Assembly (NCBI RefSeq): GCF_009914755.1
Contig: NC_060929.1
DNA from: the human T2T-CHM13v2.0 reference genome, Homo sapiens
Reading direction: 5' to 3' (one strand)
Length of the DNA: 64,000 nt
The notes under the pieces are model-generated. The model was not told the DNA's origin. It did not search any database and worked only from the letters and a program-made list of their open reading frames with translations. The position numbers and the translations under genes are program-made. Positions 26,560-44,074 of the stretch are shown here, piece after piece (position 1 is the stretch's first letter; each line of letters begins with the position of its first letter).

Positions 26560-26864
26560 CTAAATTATCAGCAATTATTATTTCCTTTGTGATATAAGTG
26601 TAATTTGAATACACTGAACTTTAATTTCTGCAGCCTAAGAAGTGAACTCAACTCTTACTCAAAGGACTTGGGATATAGTCAATCATGCTGGTGACAGAGC
26701 TGACAATGAGAATATCATCTCATGTTTGATGCCCGAATGAGTAATTTTAAATTGGCTCTCGGAGTAACCTATTCTAGAAGTCACATGAAATGCTTAAGTG
26801 TAAGATTGCTCCTTAGCTGTGTTCTGGATCCTGATGCTGTGTTTGTGAATTATGTGTAGCTACC

Positions 26865-26948
26865 AGGAGGAATATGAGGAGGAGGAGCAAAAGGAAAAGG
26901 AGGAGAAGGGAAAGAAAGAGGATGAGAAGAAGGAGGAAGAGGAGAAAA
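26865..26948. repeat. GA-rich low-complexity tract
   Basis: GAGGAGGAGGAGCAAAAGGAAAAGGAGGAGAAGGG...GAAGAGGAGAAAA. Confidence 0.85.
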
Positions 26949-27799
26949 TGGACTAGAAATGAAATTCTCTATCTTCATTTCAGCTTTTCTACTTTTGAAG
27001 TAGTATGAACCTCTCTGAGACAGCCCTTTTCATATCTGTCCCATGTCTCTGCTTCTCCTTTACTTTCTCGTAGCTTTAATATTTTCTAGGGATAATGAGG
27101 GGTTAAGAGAAACGTCACTGAAGCTCATAACTTTTTTAACATTTCTCAGAATAAAACTTCAGCTTACAGGCATGTAAATGTAACACAGTGCCTTAGCTAT
27201 AATTTTCAAGGCTTTTAAAACCTTAATGGGACTGATAAAATCTGAAATAATTGTCATTTCAAAGCTGCAAAAAGATTTAGTCTTAAAAGAGGTAGAAACA
27301 TGACTACTCTTTTGGGGTACATTTCTTTCTTTTTCAGAGAAAACTAACTAAATAGACCCTTTAGTTAAATACAAATACAAAAGCAAGTGTCCACTTGGGG
27401 AAAACTGAGAAGAAACTGGTAATCTGATTGCAAGTGTTGTAGGTGGTTTTGTAATAGAAATTATTTTGTATGAAGAATTAGGGGTTTTGTTTCTAAGGAG
27501 AAATGCTTCTTTTCTAAGCATGTTTTTAGATATTGCTTTGCGAGTATGTTGTTACTTGTTCCAATGAAAGGGTGCAGAGGCAAATATGTATCTTGTTTAA
27601 ATGCTGAGAAGAGACCAAAAGCTGAGATGAAATAGGCAGCAGGAGGCATAGGCAAACCTATTCTGCACCACACACTGCAGGAGCCAGATACAAAGAAAAA
27701 GGACCAGACTAGGCAAAGCTCAACCTGGATTTCCTTGGAGTTGAATTTCTTCTGTGGCTGCTCCAGTGGAAATTCAGGTGCTCAGGTAGAAGCTACTAA

Positions 27800-28040
27800 T
27801 GTGCAAGCTGTCAGTCCTTTCAAGGTAGAAGCTGCCAGTGCCTGGAGCTGGCACAGTGTCACGTCTACAATCCCCTATTGATCAAAACATGAAAGATCAG
27901 ATTGGAAGGGGTGGAGGAATATTCTCTACTTCTCAAACTACAAAGACACTTTTTCCAAATGAGGTCACATTTGCAGGCTCTGGGCAGACTTATGTTTTTT
28001 TCTGAGGGGGTGGGTGGGTGGGTCACCATTCAAGCCACTA
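27800..28040 (-). mobile_element. MLT1-family LTR fragments
   Basis: GGAGCTGGCACAGTGTCAC...CTATTGATCAAA and TTTTCCAAATGAGGTCACATT...CACCATTCAAGCCACTACA. Confidence 0.55.
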
Positions 28041-28168
28041 CAGAACATAAATATAAATAATTGTCTGTTATTGATCTTTTGAAAATAGCTATTGAGGCTT
28101 CTCTGGTATGAATGCTGATTTGGGAGCACTTTTAACAAGTTATAAATTATTGAAACGTCAGGAAGTTG

Positions 28169-28196
28169 CATATATATATATACATATATATATATG
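28169..28196. repeat. (TA)n microsatellite, interrupted
   Basis: CATATATATATATACATATATATATATG. Confidence 0.9.
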
Positions 28197-28838
28197 AGTG
28201 TATGTGCTAGATTTAGGCAACATATTATGAAAGACTCCTAAATTCTTTGAATTTCATACTCCTTCTCTGTCTCTCTTTATCTTGAAAGCGAAGAAAAGTA
28301 GAAGAGCAATATAAAAGTAAAGACAGAAAGATTAAAAAAGAGGTAAAGAAGAAAGGAAGAGGAAAGGAAAAGGATGGTGAATTCATGTTTTACTTAGCTT
28401 ACTAGTTTGTTGATAACTCATTACTGTTCAATTGTAGATTTCATTTTCATATTCGATCATCCTATTCTCTAATTATATTGTTTCTGCATCTTTCATCTCA
28501 TCCAAGTAGACTGTAAACATGGTGAATGGAGAAACTAGGTGGTAGTACTCTTCTTAGTATCTAAACCACTTTTAGGTGTGGTTAGGGTTGAAATCTGAGG
28601 GCTGAGGCAGTGAAGGATAGAGGGATCCCAGCTCTCTAGATGCCTAGAATAAAGGCTTCCCTAAAGTACTCTGACCTAAGTGTAATACACCCTCCATTCA
28701 ATACAAGCCACCTTCTATTCTGTAACTGATGTGAAATTATTAGCTACAGGTTTTGCTAATCATCCCCACAAGGATTTCATGCTTATTCCAAATCATCAAT
28801 TCAATCATTATAGAACTTATCTAGAAACTTTCTGATTT

Positions 28839-28991
28839 CCTTGACTGTGAAACCATTTATACTATTTAACAAATACTATTACTTATATAAATGTGATTAT
28901 ACTATTATATACTACATATTATCATTATTATTCTATATATAAATACTATTTACTGCTTAACAAACCAGTATAAATGGTTTCACAGTCAAGG
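28839..28991. repeat. Perfect 25-bp inverted repeat with a 103-bp AT-rich spacer
   Basis: CCTTGACTGTGAAACCATTTATACT (28839-28863) is the exact reverse complement of AGTATAAATGGTTTCACAGTCAAGG (28967-28991). Confidence 0.97.
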
Positions 28992-29019
28992 TATGTTTTG
29001 CCTTTTAAAAACTTGTCGT

Positions 29020-30190
<1,171 letters not shown>

Positions 30191-30799
30191 GGAGGTTTGC
30201 CTTGCACCAAGAGTCAGTACAGCCTTCAGGAGCTAGCCTTTCCCTTTCTCTGTCCTGGGCTTTGGTCTTTAGATATTAGGTGGGCTCTGACCTCTAACTC
30301 TGCTTGCCCACAGAAGCCCACAAATTCTCTACTCTTGGTAAACTCTGATCTGCTTTCTTATAACCACATTTTAGTTGTTCTGTTTGACTTCAGAGTACAG
30401 AAGGGGGAGATGTGAGTCAAAGTTTCTAGGGGGTTTTAATGTTAGTTCTCTATGATTCTGGCTTCTTGGAGGGAGACCTGGTCAGGGCAGGATGAGGAGG
30501 AATTGGCAGAAGATGGGGGAACCTCTTGCCTATAGTCTTGTAGCTATGTGGAGCCAGAGAGCAGGTAACAAATTATGTCACTGAGCACGTGCTGAGTGAT
30601 GTATGGGAGAAGTAGGTCTAAATAGTCATCAGAGCAAACTGGGCCTGAAGTGGGTATGGGGACTTGTGGTGCTGGGTCTGGGGCTCAGAAAACTAGGGAA
30701 GACATGGACCCCTAGCCCAGAATAGGTATGTTGAAGTGGGCAAATATAGGATGCCATAGGCCGGTGGAAGGCTTTGCTATGTCCCTGCAATGTAATGCG

Positions 30800-31041
30800 T
30801 AGATAGCGAAGATGTTTTGCTAGGTCTAAGATAGCAAGAACACATAGGAAACTTTCACGAATTCGGAATTTTCCAGGGATAGTGTGAATGGCCAGTGAGT
30901 GTGTCATCACTGGAATTCTTCAGCACAGTCTGGATGATCTTCTACTGGGGGTTATTGAAGAGGGCTCCAGGCAACAAGGAGGATGGTGAGACTAGGTGAC
31001 ATTTGAGTCTTCACCACTCAGAGGTGCTCTTATTCTGTGAT
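30800..31041 (+). mobile_element. L3/CR1 3' end fragment
   Basis: GTGAGTGTGTCATCACTGGAATTCTTCAGCACAGTCTGGATGA...GACTAGGTGAC...ATTCTGTGAT terminus. Confidence 0.65.
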
Positions 31042-32552
31042 GCTCTAGGCATAGCTCAGGGTGTGGCCCTAGCAGGATCCCTGACTGCTGTTTGACTCAA
31101 ATTAGGGTTGTCACATGAGACTGGCAATAGAGATGTGGACTTGGTTTTTTCTTATAATTTGGTAGAAGGAATTACATTGACTGAACTAAACTTAAGCTCC
31201 CTTTAATCGATATTAGTCTAAGAGGGAAATAAAATGTTTTAGGTTTGGAGTTACACATTCTGAAAGGGCTCTTTTAACATTTTCTAGAAATAAAGATTTT
31301 TCAGCCCTTCTGCTGTGGAGGAATTTCTTGAACAGCATTTACCAGAAGTGCAGATTGTAGTAAATGCCTATGTTTAAGGAATATTAGTGGGCTTTATTGC
31401 AATTTCATAAAGTTAATGAGTTCATTGTATAGGTAGTTAGAGGATTTAAGTTTTTCAAAATGTCTCTGAGCTCCTGGGAAATTGCTCAGCTAACTTATTG
31501 GTTGCATGAGGTTGCTTAAGCATTAATCTCCTTAGTCATTTGTGTGTGTGCATGTGTGTGTGAACAAGAAAATCTTTAGAGACTCACCTTATCCCATTAA
31601 TTGAGATAGTCTGACAAATGTGAATAATACATTGAACTACTTGTAATGAGACTGGTAGTTAATCTAGAAGAATTATACATATGGTAATACTTAGAAAAAA
31701 GAAACAAACACAAAATATGCCCTTTGCTTAAAGGCAACAAAAGAAGCGTTAGCAAAGTGTACTGAAAACTGTAGAGTCCAATACTTATTTGGGAAATGAA
31801 TGTTTTATAGCTAAGCTTAGGACACATTTTCCTTTTGGTTAACTTGGCACAGAACAGTCCTACCTCCAAGTGTTATTTAGTGTGTGTTCTTTCAAGATGT
31901 CACCATATTCAGCAAGATGAACATATTACAATTTTATATTGGCTTTAGTTCCTGTCCTCAAGATATAGTATTTTCTTACTAGACCGATGGGACTGCCATT
32001 GTTGTACTCAGAGTGTTTGGCAGAGATGTAGAGATCTGTGCTTTCCAGTGAATTTGCATAATAAAACTCTCATTGAATTATGGTTCAATGAAGGGGAAAG
32101 TACAAGCCTAATTTGATTTGACATTTATATACTGAACCTTTCTGAAATACGTCTCGTCTGTATTGCCAATTCCTATTTTCACACAAATGTGGTCTGACCT
32201 ATTCCTGAGTACAGAAGTGGAGTTGGGACATACTTTTCTTTAAAATAAAACAAGAAAAAAAGAGTTTTTCCCCCATAAGCTTAACAATTGTGTACTTTTG
32301 AGCTACTCTTTACATCTTCTGTTTTGGATTGTCAGAACTAGTCGCTATTGTTAGATGTTAGGTTGGTTGTCATTGAAAAGAAAGGACTTTCATCTTTCTG
32401 TGGACCCACCTACAAACAGGAGTTCTGCTTCTTTAGGGTGTACAGGTGCAATTATGCAGCAATCTGAATGCTTACCCTCAGCTTACACATCATTTTTCTC
32501 CATATACTTGAGCTGGCTAGAATAAGCAAATATCTGTCATTCATCGAAGACC

Positions 32553-32806
32553 CTGTTATAATTTGAATGTGTCTCCTTGAAAATTCAGATGTCGAAACTT
32601 AATGGCCAGTGTGATAATACTAAGAGGTGGGGCCTTTAAGTGGTGATTAGGCCATGTGGGTTCCTTCTTTTAATGGGATTAAGCCCTTATAAAAGAGGCT
32701 TCACAGTGTTCAGCTCTTTCACTCTTCTACCTTCTACTGTGTGATGACACAGCATTCAACCCCTCAGGAGGATGCTGCAACGAGACATCTTGGAGGCAGA
32801 GAGCAG
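32553..32806 (+). mobile_element. MSTC/MSTD-like MaLR LTR, 3'-truncated
   Basis: TGTTATAATTTGAATGTGTC...AAGAGGTGGGGCCTTTAAG...GCCCTTATAAAAGAGGC...CATCTTGGAGGCAGAGAGCAG, then an abrupt switch to L1. Confidence 0.8.
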
Positions 32807-35281
<2,475 letters not shown>

Positions 35282-37069
35282 TAAGTTGTAATATTATGTG
35301 ATATTAGAGACATTAGAGACCTGACATTTCTTTATCCATTCTCTCAATTTATCATTGAAAAGCATAACATGAAGCAAAATGTTAGGCTGACTTTGATGAG
35401 ATTCCAAGGTCTGGCGTTGAACTTGGAGAATAACAATAATCAGAATTGGAAACAGATTTGAGAGGGAACATTAAAGCAGTGAGAATAATTCAGCCAGAAA
35501 AGAGCTAGTAAGGACACTCATAATAGTGTTATATACATGAAAAACGATTTCAGCTCTGCAAATGGTTCTGAGTAATCACAGCAATGCTAAAATTGTATTC
35601 AGTCTATGAAGTTTGCATGGGCTCCTTCCTCAGGTGTTTGACTCTCTTAAGAGAGCTTTCTATGCTTTCCATCATGCTAAATGAAACCTCACCTTTCAGC
35701 GTCATCCTTTGATCTTTTTTTCTGGAAAGGCAAGAGGCCTGGAGAACCTGGGACATAACACCAGGACAGCTCACAATTGAGTTCACAGCTATCGTTACAT
35801 TTCTGTGTTCTCTTGGACTTCTGTCTGCCACATGACCATCTTGATGTCCTTTGTAAATTCTGCTGCTAGTGCCAGCTGCCTTAACTCCGTGTTTCCCAGA
35901 GCTGAATTCTGAAGAATGGAATTTGATTGGCTCAGGTTATCTTTTCCCACCAGGCCAAAGATCTAAGTCTGGCCTATGGATGGGTTGCCATATTGTTTTT
36001 AAAGAAACACATTCTTGATCAATTTCACTGTGGCTTAGTGTAAGGCTGAGGTCACATGGTACAAATGTAGTCATTTAGTCCTAAGAGGCTGTGGGTAGGC
36101 AGTTTTTCTCAGGAAGGGGATATGGATGGCAGGTCTTATAAATCTAACCGCAGCTCAGAGAGAACGTCTCAAGGTCACATAGTTATGAATGGTAGGAGGG
36201 GCTCTTGTTTCCACTCTAGGGCTTTTTCTTTTCTACCTCAATGCTTCTACTGAAATAAAATGGGATAAGTTAAAATTCTTCACTTGGTTTTCCAGGAGAT
36301 GAAAAAGAGGCTTTCTTATACATAAACATTTTTCAGATGTTGCTTACTCCACAAAATGAAATGTCAGGGCAAAAATACTCAAAATGCTCATCTATACAGT
36401 ATAATATGAAAAAATATGCTAGCTAAAAACTGTTTATTTGGGTCTCCTACTGATGTATTTTTTCCCCCTCTTCTCATACTGCAATGCAGTGGGGTTAGAA
36501 TTCACAGAAGGAGACTTCTAAGTGAGCCAGGAGAAGAAGAAGATGACAGATTTTTTTTTTTTTAAATTTTGGATCTCTAAGGAGTTGATGTCAGAAAATT
36601 GGGTTGCCTTGATGATGGTTCATAAATCGGTCTGAGGAACATCATGTTCTAAGAATGGCATAGATGCCAGAGAAGGTAGCTGCCTTGCTTCTTAGACACA
36701 CTATTCTTGCAGTTTGATAATCCTGCTGGCTGCTACAAGTTCTGTAGATGGAGAAATGGGAACCTGGTTCAACATAAAAGATGCATTGTGTGCATATGTG
36801 AGAGAAAAAGAGGGAGAGAGAGAGAGCACTGGAGGCCTGGATATTTTCTGGCCATTGGAAAATACACAGAATTTCTACCAGCCATATGTGAAAAACGATT
36901 TTATTTCTTCATTGTTATGCTTCAGATATGCCTCAGTTTTGTGTAAAACAAATATTCTTATGGATTACTATAATAATTGCTGTGATCTAGTGAATCCTGC
37001 TGTGATTTGGTAAATGTGTGCTATGTTCCAGATCTCTGACACCTTATAAAACAAACAAACAAAAAAACC

Positions 37070-37210
37070 AGATGAGTTGGTCCCTTCCCATTTTACAAAT
37101 TAGAAAGCCGAGGTTCAAAATGTTAAACAACTTGTCTACCTATGCAACAAGTGACGGAAGAAGATGGCATTCAAATCTGTCTGTCTAAAGCTAAAACTTG
37201 TGTCTCTGAG
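37070..37210 (-). mobile_element. MIR SINE
   Basis: CCCATTTTACAAATTAGAAAGCCGAGGTTCA...GTTAAACAACTTG...ATTCAAATC. Confidence 0.7.
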
Positions 37211-37979
37211 CCAGGCCCTGCATCCTACCTGCATTCCCCTCTGGGTGTGGAATTTAAGGCTGGTCTTCTGGGTGGGCATGGAGGTTAAATGTTAATGTAG
37301 AAGAATTTGAGAGATTTTGAAAGACTACCCCTCCCTACCAAACACACATTGAAAATTATGTCCCTGTCACCTGCAAGTGAATAAATTATGTCATTAGAGA
37401 CTTTAGTCCCTTGGGTTTATAAGTCTTCCCTTGTCTTCTAGAATGTCCCACAAAATCTCTCACACAAAAGCCCCTCTCCTTCCTCTGTGGTTCCGCAGTC
37501 CTTTGCATGGCCTTCTTTTACAATGCTGATCTCACAACCAGTAAGACTGGTATTTATGCATCTTTTCTCCTTTGAGTACAATTGTTTTTTGAGAGGAGGA
37601 ACACTTGTCTTAATACTCCCATGTCTACATTTTGCTCTGCAGTTAGAAGAAACTACTGAAATGTATCACTTAATGGCTGTGTGTAAGAGGTGTTTGGTTC
37701 ACAAAAGTAGAAAATACTTTTCTCCAGGGGACCCCGCTGGAAGGGGAAGCTGAGCAAGGCAGAGAGGGTATAGGAGGTGTCGTAGGGGCATTATGAATGA
37801 GTTTCTATGAGAAAATGTCCTCTCTAGTTATGTTTGTGTAAAATCTTATTCATTTTTCCATTCTGAACCTGATATTTCTGGTGTTTAAGTTAATCACTCT
37901 GTTAACTATATTGTTCTTTGAAGAGAATATTTATAAAGTAGCCCATTCATAATTATAAATTGAGCTTCCTGTAATCGAA

Positions 37980-38125
37980 AGGGGATAAAAATAAAAGGAA
38001 GAAAGGAGAGGGAAAAGAAGAAAGACAGGAGGGAAGGAAGAGGAGGTGGGGGAGGCAAGAAGGGAAAGTTTGGAGGAAAGGATGGAAGGAGGGCAGGAGG
38101 GAGGGAAGAAGGGGAAAAGGAAGGA
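37980..38125. repeat. GA-rich polypurine tract
   Basis: About 145 bp, almost entirely A/G on the + strand. Confidence 0.9.
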
Positions 38126-38999
38126 TTGACTTTAGATCTCAAAGATAAACCAGTTTAGCCTCCTTTTTCTTCAAAAGTGACTTGAAGACATTTTATATTT
38201 CCCCAGATCACATGAGGCCAGACACTCTTGGATTCTACTAGATTCTAGTTTCATGCTATCAGATACGAGAGGAAATGGCACAAATCAGTTCTTCTATATC
38301 ACCACTTGACTGATTCTCTGATGACAGAAATGAGGGGACTAAGTTTTCAGGAAGATCCTGAACACTTGATGAGGAGGATGATGCTTTCGTTCTTTTCAAA
38401 AGAGCACTGAAGAGGATTTCTCCCCTACTAGGGCCATGGAGAGCAAATTTCTATATCCTAGGATATGGGCAGGGGAACAGAAGACAAGGTAGACACACTG
38501 GGTTTAATTTGACTCTGTTTTAAGAGTAAGGCATTGGGAGAGTGTTGTTTTAACAGACCACATGTCATTCTTAGGTATTCTCCTTGCCTTTTTCCAGGTA
38601 CTAAATGTCAACCCTTTTTTCTCTAAGATATTTATGATGGTATCACCTCATGGCATTTGTTCAAGTCCTTGTTTTCAGGGTTATATATGACCTCAGGCTA
38701 CTTCAGAGCCCTGGCAGTTTCTCAAGAATTGTCTCACTCTTCTTTCTAAAGATGGGATACTTGATTTGAAGGGGATTGTTATGGTGTGTGTGTGTTTGTA
38801 TATTTTCAACATGGATGAATAGCCTTGGCAATGTCTTACATTATGTGCATTTTTGGCAATTGTGACTAGGGTTTATTTATATCTATGTATTTTTTTTTCT
38901 TTCCCAGGGATGACGCTGTGTTTCAGAGGAATTCATAAGCAGAATTGAATTTGTTTTAGTTAACTCCTTATTTGATTGGAATATTGTCGACTTAACAAA

Positions 39000-39178
39000 A
39001 TAGTAGAAAGAGCATTGGGCTGAAGTGAGAAGATTTGAATTCTAGTCCAAAATCTGTTACTAACCAGCTCTTTGACCCTGAGAAGTCATTTGACTTGAAT
39101 TATAGTCTTTTTCTTATATGGGAAAGGTGGAGTATACTCAGAGTCTCTCCTAAGTGCTAAGATTCTGTGATTCTATGA
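39000..39178 (+). mobile_element. MIR (MIRc/MIR3-like) SINE
   Basis: TAGTAGAAAGAGCATTGGGCT...TTCTAGTCC...ACTAACCAGCTCTTTGACCCTGAGAAGTCATTT...ATTCTGTGATTCTATG. Confidence 0.7.
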
Positions 39179-42100
39179 AATCAGACCATCAGAGAGGAAT
39201 ACTGCAGTGTTCTCCTGCATGGGTTGTAAATGGTAAGTAGAAGGTTAAAATGTGCTGTCAGATTACTTCTGTAGGATTATATTTATGCTTTACTTTAGAG
39301 ATTTTTCAGGAATTTGATAGAGAGAAATTTTGGGACATGCCTCAATTTATTGGAGTCTGCTCCTGATTATCCACAGCTATTTGAAATAATTTGAGCTCAG
39401 AATTCTGTGGAAATGTTTTATGAGTAAATATATTTGATATAGGTATAGATATAGAAATTATAGATAAGTAGGAAGTTATTTGTATAAATCAGATTGTATG
39501 TGTGGAGGAAATGGGGGCAGGAGAGAAAGAAAGAGAAAGAGAAAACACTAGTTTATTTATGTAGATTAGGGGAAGAGCATTAACTTAAAAATATGTTGAG
39601 TGTAAGATGGGAGCTTAGATGGTATCTGATGAAAAGTTATCTGTAATGTAAGTTACAGCCATCTGTCAAGATACGAACTGAGAGAACAGAGCAGATGGAT
39701 GGGAATGAATGTATAAGAAGACACAATTCTCACCCTAGGTGAAGGTCTAACAGGGTAGATTCATATTTCAGGCTTCTAGTAATCACTTTGTTAATAAACG
39801 AACCATACCATTTCCAAACTTAGAGCAAGACACCCAAGATAGAACAGCTTCACAGACAACTCTAATCTCATTTATCATCCTTGCCATTTGCTGATGAGTC
39901 TAGAAATTTGTCAGACCTATTTTGTTATGCCTGGGAAGGCATGGTTTCTTTATCAACATCAAAATAATAGGAAGCCAGTCAAGAGGTTGTTCACCTTTCT
40001 CCAGGAAAAGAGAGTTTGGGAGGGAGATATTTTATAAGCATTTTAAAGAGACAAGGGCCTCTGACTATGTTTCTTAATTTGTCCCCAAATAACCTTGTCT
40101 ACTATACAATCAAGTTTAGAAAACTTATTTAAGGTTTTGAGATTCAAAGAGAATTAAAGGAATGAAAGCTATCTGTTTCTGAAATCATTAGATCTTTAAG
40201 CAAACAATTGTATTCAATGGAAGGTAGAGATGCTCTTTCATTTAGATGGAAAATCAAATTATAAAGATCATTCACTACAGGAAGGCAGCTGCAATAAACA
40301 TCCAACTGATTCAACTGCAGAGATGTAGGGTAGGTAGAAATCCTTCGAAAATTTGATTTCACTTCTTTCTTATGTTCCATGTAGTCTTTAGCTGTAAACA
40401 CAACTGGACACATTTTTGTAATTGTTACATATCCTATAATAGTATAGAACTGGGACATAAATTGACTATTTGGCTATCTTCTTGATAGAATTGATTTAAT
40501 AAATTTATAAGAAGCTCCAAATATATAACTCAATTCATTAAGTGTTACTTAGGAGAGAGTGATAAGAACTGTAAAAATAAGGAGAAATTTGAATTTAACT
40601 TGAAGGTGACCTTTATGATATTCTAGGATGGATAGTAAATTTGCCAAAGTAACATCTGAAGAAATTCAAAGTTATAATAATAAAAGCTATTTTTTTAGTC
40701 CAGATACTGTGTCTAGTATGCCATAGACATAATATTGTTTAGAAGAAAAGGAATCTACATTATGAAGTAGAATTAGTAGGTGAAGCCTGCTTAAGGCAGA
40801 GAAGCTTAGATTTGAGATTCGAAGGAACATTGTAGGGTAGATCTCAACAGGGATTTGAGAAGTAGCATTCTGGATTGGGCTATAGAATAAGCCAAGACCT
40901 GCAGGCAAGAAAGAACAGAAGATAAAATATATGTGTGGGAGAAAAGGGGCCCTGGCTGTAACAGAGTGGGAAGAAGGTAGGTACCTAAGATGAGTACAAT
41001 TTGTCAGCCTAAGGATTTGCTGTTAAGTCTAATTCAAAATGATTTTACAGTATAAAATACCATCTTGTTAGTGACAGACCTTTTGTTTCTCCTTTCTTTT
41101 GCTATTTAACTGTTCATCATGAAAAATATATGAGAGAAAACAAAGAATTATAAAACAAAAGATTCTGCTTGTGGATATGTCAATCAGTAGAGAAAGAACA
41201 GATGACAACTCTAAAAATTATCCAGAAATTCATAGTTATTATTTTGGGAGCTCTTTTCTTAACAATCAACACAAAGGCTGCTGTTTTTTTTATTTTCCTT
41301 CATAGCATTGCTCAGTAGACTAGCATTCCCTCAGTCAGGTTGTCTGACTTTTCAGTCACATATTTTGTTTTGTTCTGCCTTATTTCTACCAGGCATTAAG
41401 CACTGTATTCAGGATGTTTATGTTTTTTTTTTCTGGTTATATTTTTTCTTTCCAGAGAAAAAAGAAAGAAGGAGAGCAAAATGACTTAAAGACATTTTCA
41501 AGAAAAAAAGAGGAGAGAAGTCACTGAAATGGAAAAATAAACATATTATATAACTATTTATTGCACTATGCAATAAAAACATCTTCAGCAACAGCCACAC
41601 AAGTGCGGGTAGAGGGTCTGCTTTGAAGAGAGAAAAAAGGCTGCTGCAGAAAAAACAAACCTCAATTCATAATTGGAGCTTTTGTTCTTTCTGGATTGTT
41701 TTGTGAAGAACATGCTGCCAAAAAACATTTTTCTTCTGTAACCGCTTCTTTTGAAACTCCATTCTTTTTTATTTCAAGGATGTTTATTATCTACTCATTT
41801 CTTTTTATTTATTTTTGAATCATATACCCCAATGTCTAGATGACTGGGACCACTAGGTTTCATATTTCCCAGATGAGATTAGTTGTACAGTTCATTTTGC
41901 AGGTTTATTCAGAGCATTTCAATGGCATTTCACCTACAGTTCACCTATATTGAGTCCTAAGAAATTGAAGGTGTTTCTTGATAGTTCTCCTGCTCCATCT
42001 TCTTCCAGGGGATTGATTTGGCTTCTTATGTTTTTGTATTTGGTTGCTCATTAGAGATAAGCCTGATTATTTGGCATTGTGTATTTTCTCTGTTTTAAAA

Positions 42101-43074
42101 AGGGAAAATACAACATGTTATTAATTATTATGATATAATAAAAAATGGAGAGAAGGAAAAAGATTTTCATCCTGACACTTTGAGTCATTTTAAGAATTTT
42201 CAGCTTGCTTTGTCATTTGTTTCTTTAAACTCAAGAGATTTGGTTTCTGAATTTGAATAATCTTCAATACACTGCATGCTGATTCACAGGTCTCCAGTAA
42301 AACAACTTGAAAAACTCAAAAAAGGATCGAGTGGCATCATCTGTGAATATAATGTCCCAATCATCTACAAATTGCCTTTTAAAAAGAAAAGCCATTTCAA
42401 ATGTATATGAGCATCATGTAACAAAAATATTAATATTTTAGCTCTGTGCTCATTTCAACTTATAGAAAACACCTCATTCCCCCCCCCAAATTATTACTTA
42501 GTTCTAAAGCTAGATATATAAAATTTTAGGATGAAACCAGATTGAACAAATTCTGCATCCTTGAAAATACATGAACACTGCAAATAATGATACAAATTCT
42601 TAGCATTACAATTTGTTTCTAGCTACTTAATAATGACCTGGATTGAAAATTAAAATAGTAGTATAGATAATCAAAATAGGGACAATGTAGTGCTTTTTCT
42701 CTAATCAGTTTAACTGAATAATGCATAGATTCAGTATCCAGAAGGAATATCATCAACAAAATTACAAAGTTACCAGGCTTCAGGGCACAATAGGACTTAA
42801 TTGTTTCTGGATATGAAGCTCCTGATAGCATCATAAGAACTTTTAACTAGAATTTTGCTTATTGCAGTGGAAATTTAACTGTACTGTATAGGTATATATC
42901 ACTAAAAATAAGATGAAAAAAAGACGAGATGGCATATACAGAATCGATAGCCCTCAGACATTTGAATGCAGGATGCAGCTGCTTTCTTGCAGAATATGTG
43001 GTGGTATGATTTATGGTCCCCCATTCCTAATAGTTTCTTCTATTAGCCTGTTATTGATAGTTGAAATGCAGTAC

Positions 43075-43970
43075 ATTAATTAAGATGGTTTTGAACACAG
43101 GTAATAGAAAGTCCAACTCAAATTATTTTAAATGTATTGTCCCATATAGAAAGTGCAGCAGTACGGATAGCCATTAATGTTGGTTGATTCACAGGTTAAC
43201 TGTGTGATCAAGACCACGTTAACACCATCATTCTGTTCTGCTTTTCTGAGTCCACTTGGTTTTTGGCCTGTCTCATCAATGATGTAAGATGACTTTTTGG
43301 GGGGATGCTGGCCTTTGGAACCCAGCCACCTGGGGAAAACCCAGGCTGCGTGGAGAGGCTACATGTAGGTGTTCAAACCAACAGCTTCAGTAAGTTTTAG
43401 TTGATAGCCAGCATCAACCACCAGAGTGAATAAGCTTTCTACTAAGTCCAACTCCCAGCCTTGGAGTCTCCCAGTTGAGGTCTCAGATATTGTAGAGAAG
43501 AGGCAAGGCATCCCTCCTATGCTCTGCTGAATTCTTGACTCACAGACACTCTAAGAGATGATAAATAATTGCTCTTTTCAGCCCGCTGAGTTTTGGGCTG
43601 ATTTGTTATACAGCAATAGATAACTATTGCTATTGCTATATGTTTCATTGTTCATGTGCAGTGTGTAGGGGGGAGAGAGGAAAAGAGAATGAAACTATGA
43701 TAAACCATTCTCCACTATGAAATTACAGTCTTTCTGTTCTGTCTGATTGAGTCAACTTGGTCTTATGCCCACTCCTAGACCAGTAGCAGTTATCAGAGAA
43801 AGCTGTGCATTGGTTGGTTTGGAATATTTGAGGTCTCTCTCTTGAAGCTGCGAATGGAGCCAGCTTCCTTGGCATCACAAGCTGTTTAGGGGTTAGTTAC
43901 ATACTTGAACCAAATATAGTTAAAAAGGAGAAAGAGGAAATGAAAGGTGAGTTAGGCGAAAATGCCCACT
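43075..43970 (-). mobile_element. Ancient MLT1K/L-like LTR, split by an MLT1G/H piece
   Basis: CAGGTAATAGAAAGTCCAACTCAAA and CTGATTG...TTGGTCTTATGCCCACTCCTAGACCA flank the inner element. Confidence 0.5.
43300..43626 (+). mobile_element. MLT1G/H-like LTR, 3' portion
   Basis: TTGGAACCCAGCCAC...ATAGCCAGCATCAACCACCAGA...GAATTCTTGACTCACAGA...TTTGTTATACAGCAATAGATAACTA. Confidence 0.8.
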
Positions 43971-44074
43971 ACATGCAAATAGAAAAGGGTTTACAAATGT
44001 TAAAGTACCCTGACGATTTTGCTGCATTACTATATGATAAAAATTTAATTACAGAAAACTTTTAGTATTGAAGC

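Noticed and set aside
28839-28991. Inverted repeat as a pre-miRNA or known MITE
   Set aside because: The 103-nt spacer is too long for a canonical pre-miRNA loop, and I see no TSD or familiar terminal repeat. Kept only as an unexplained inverted repeat.
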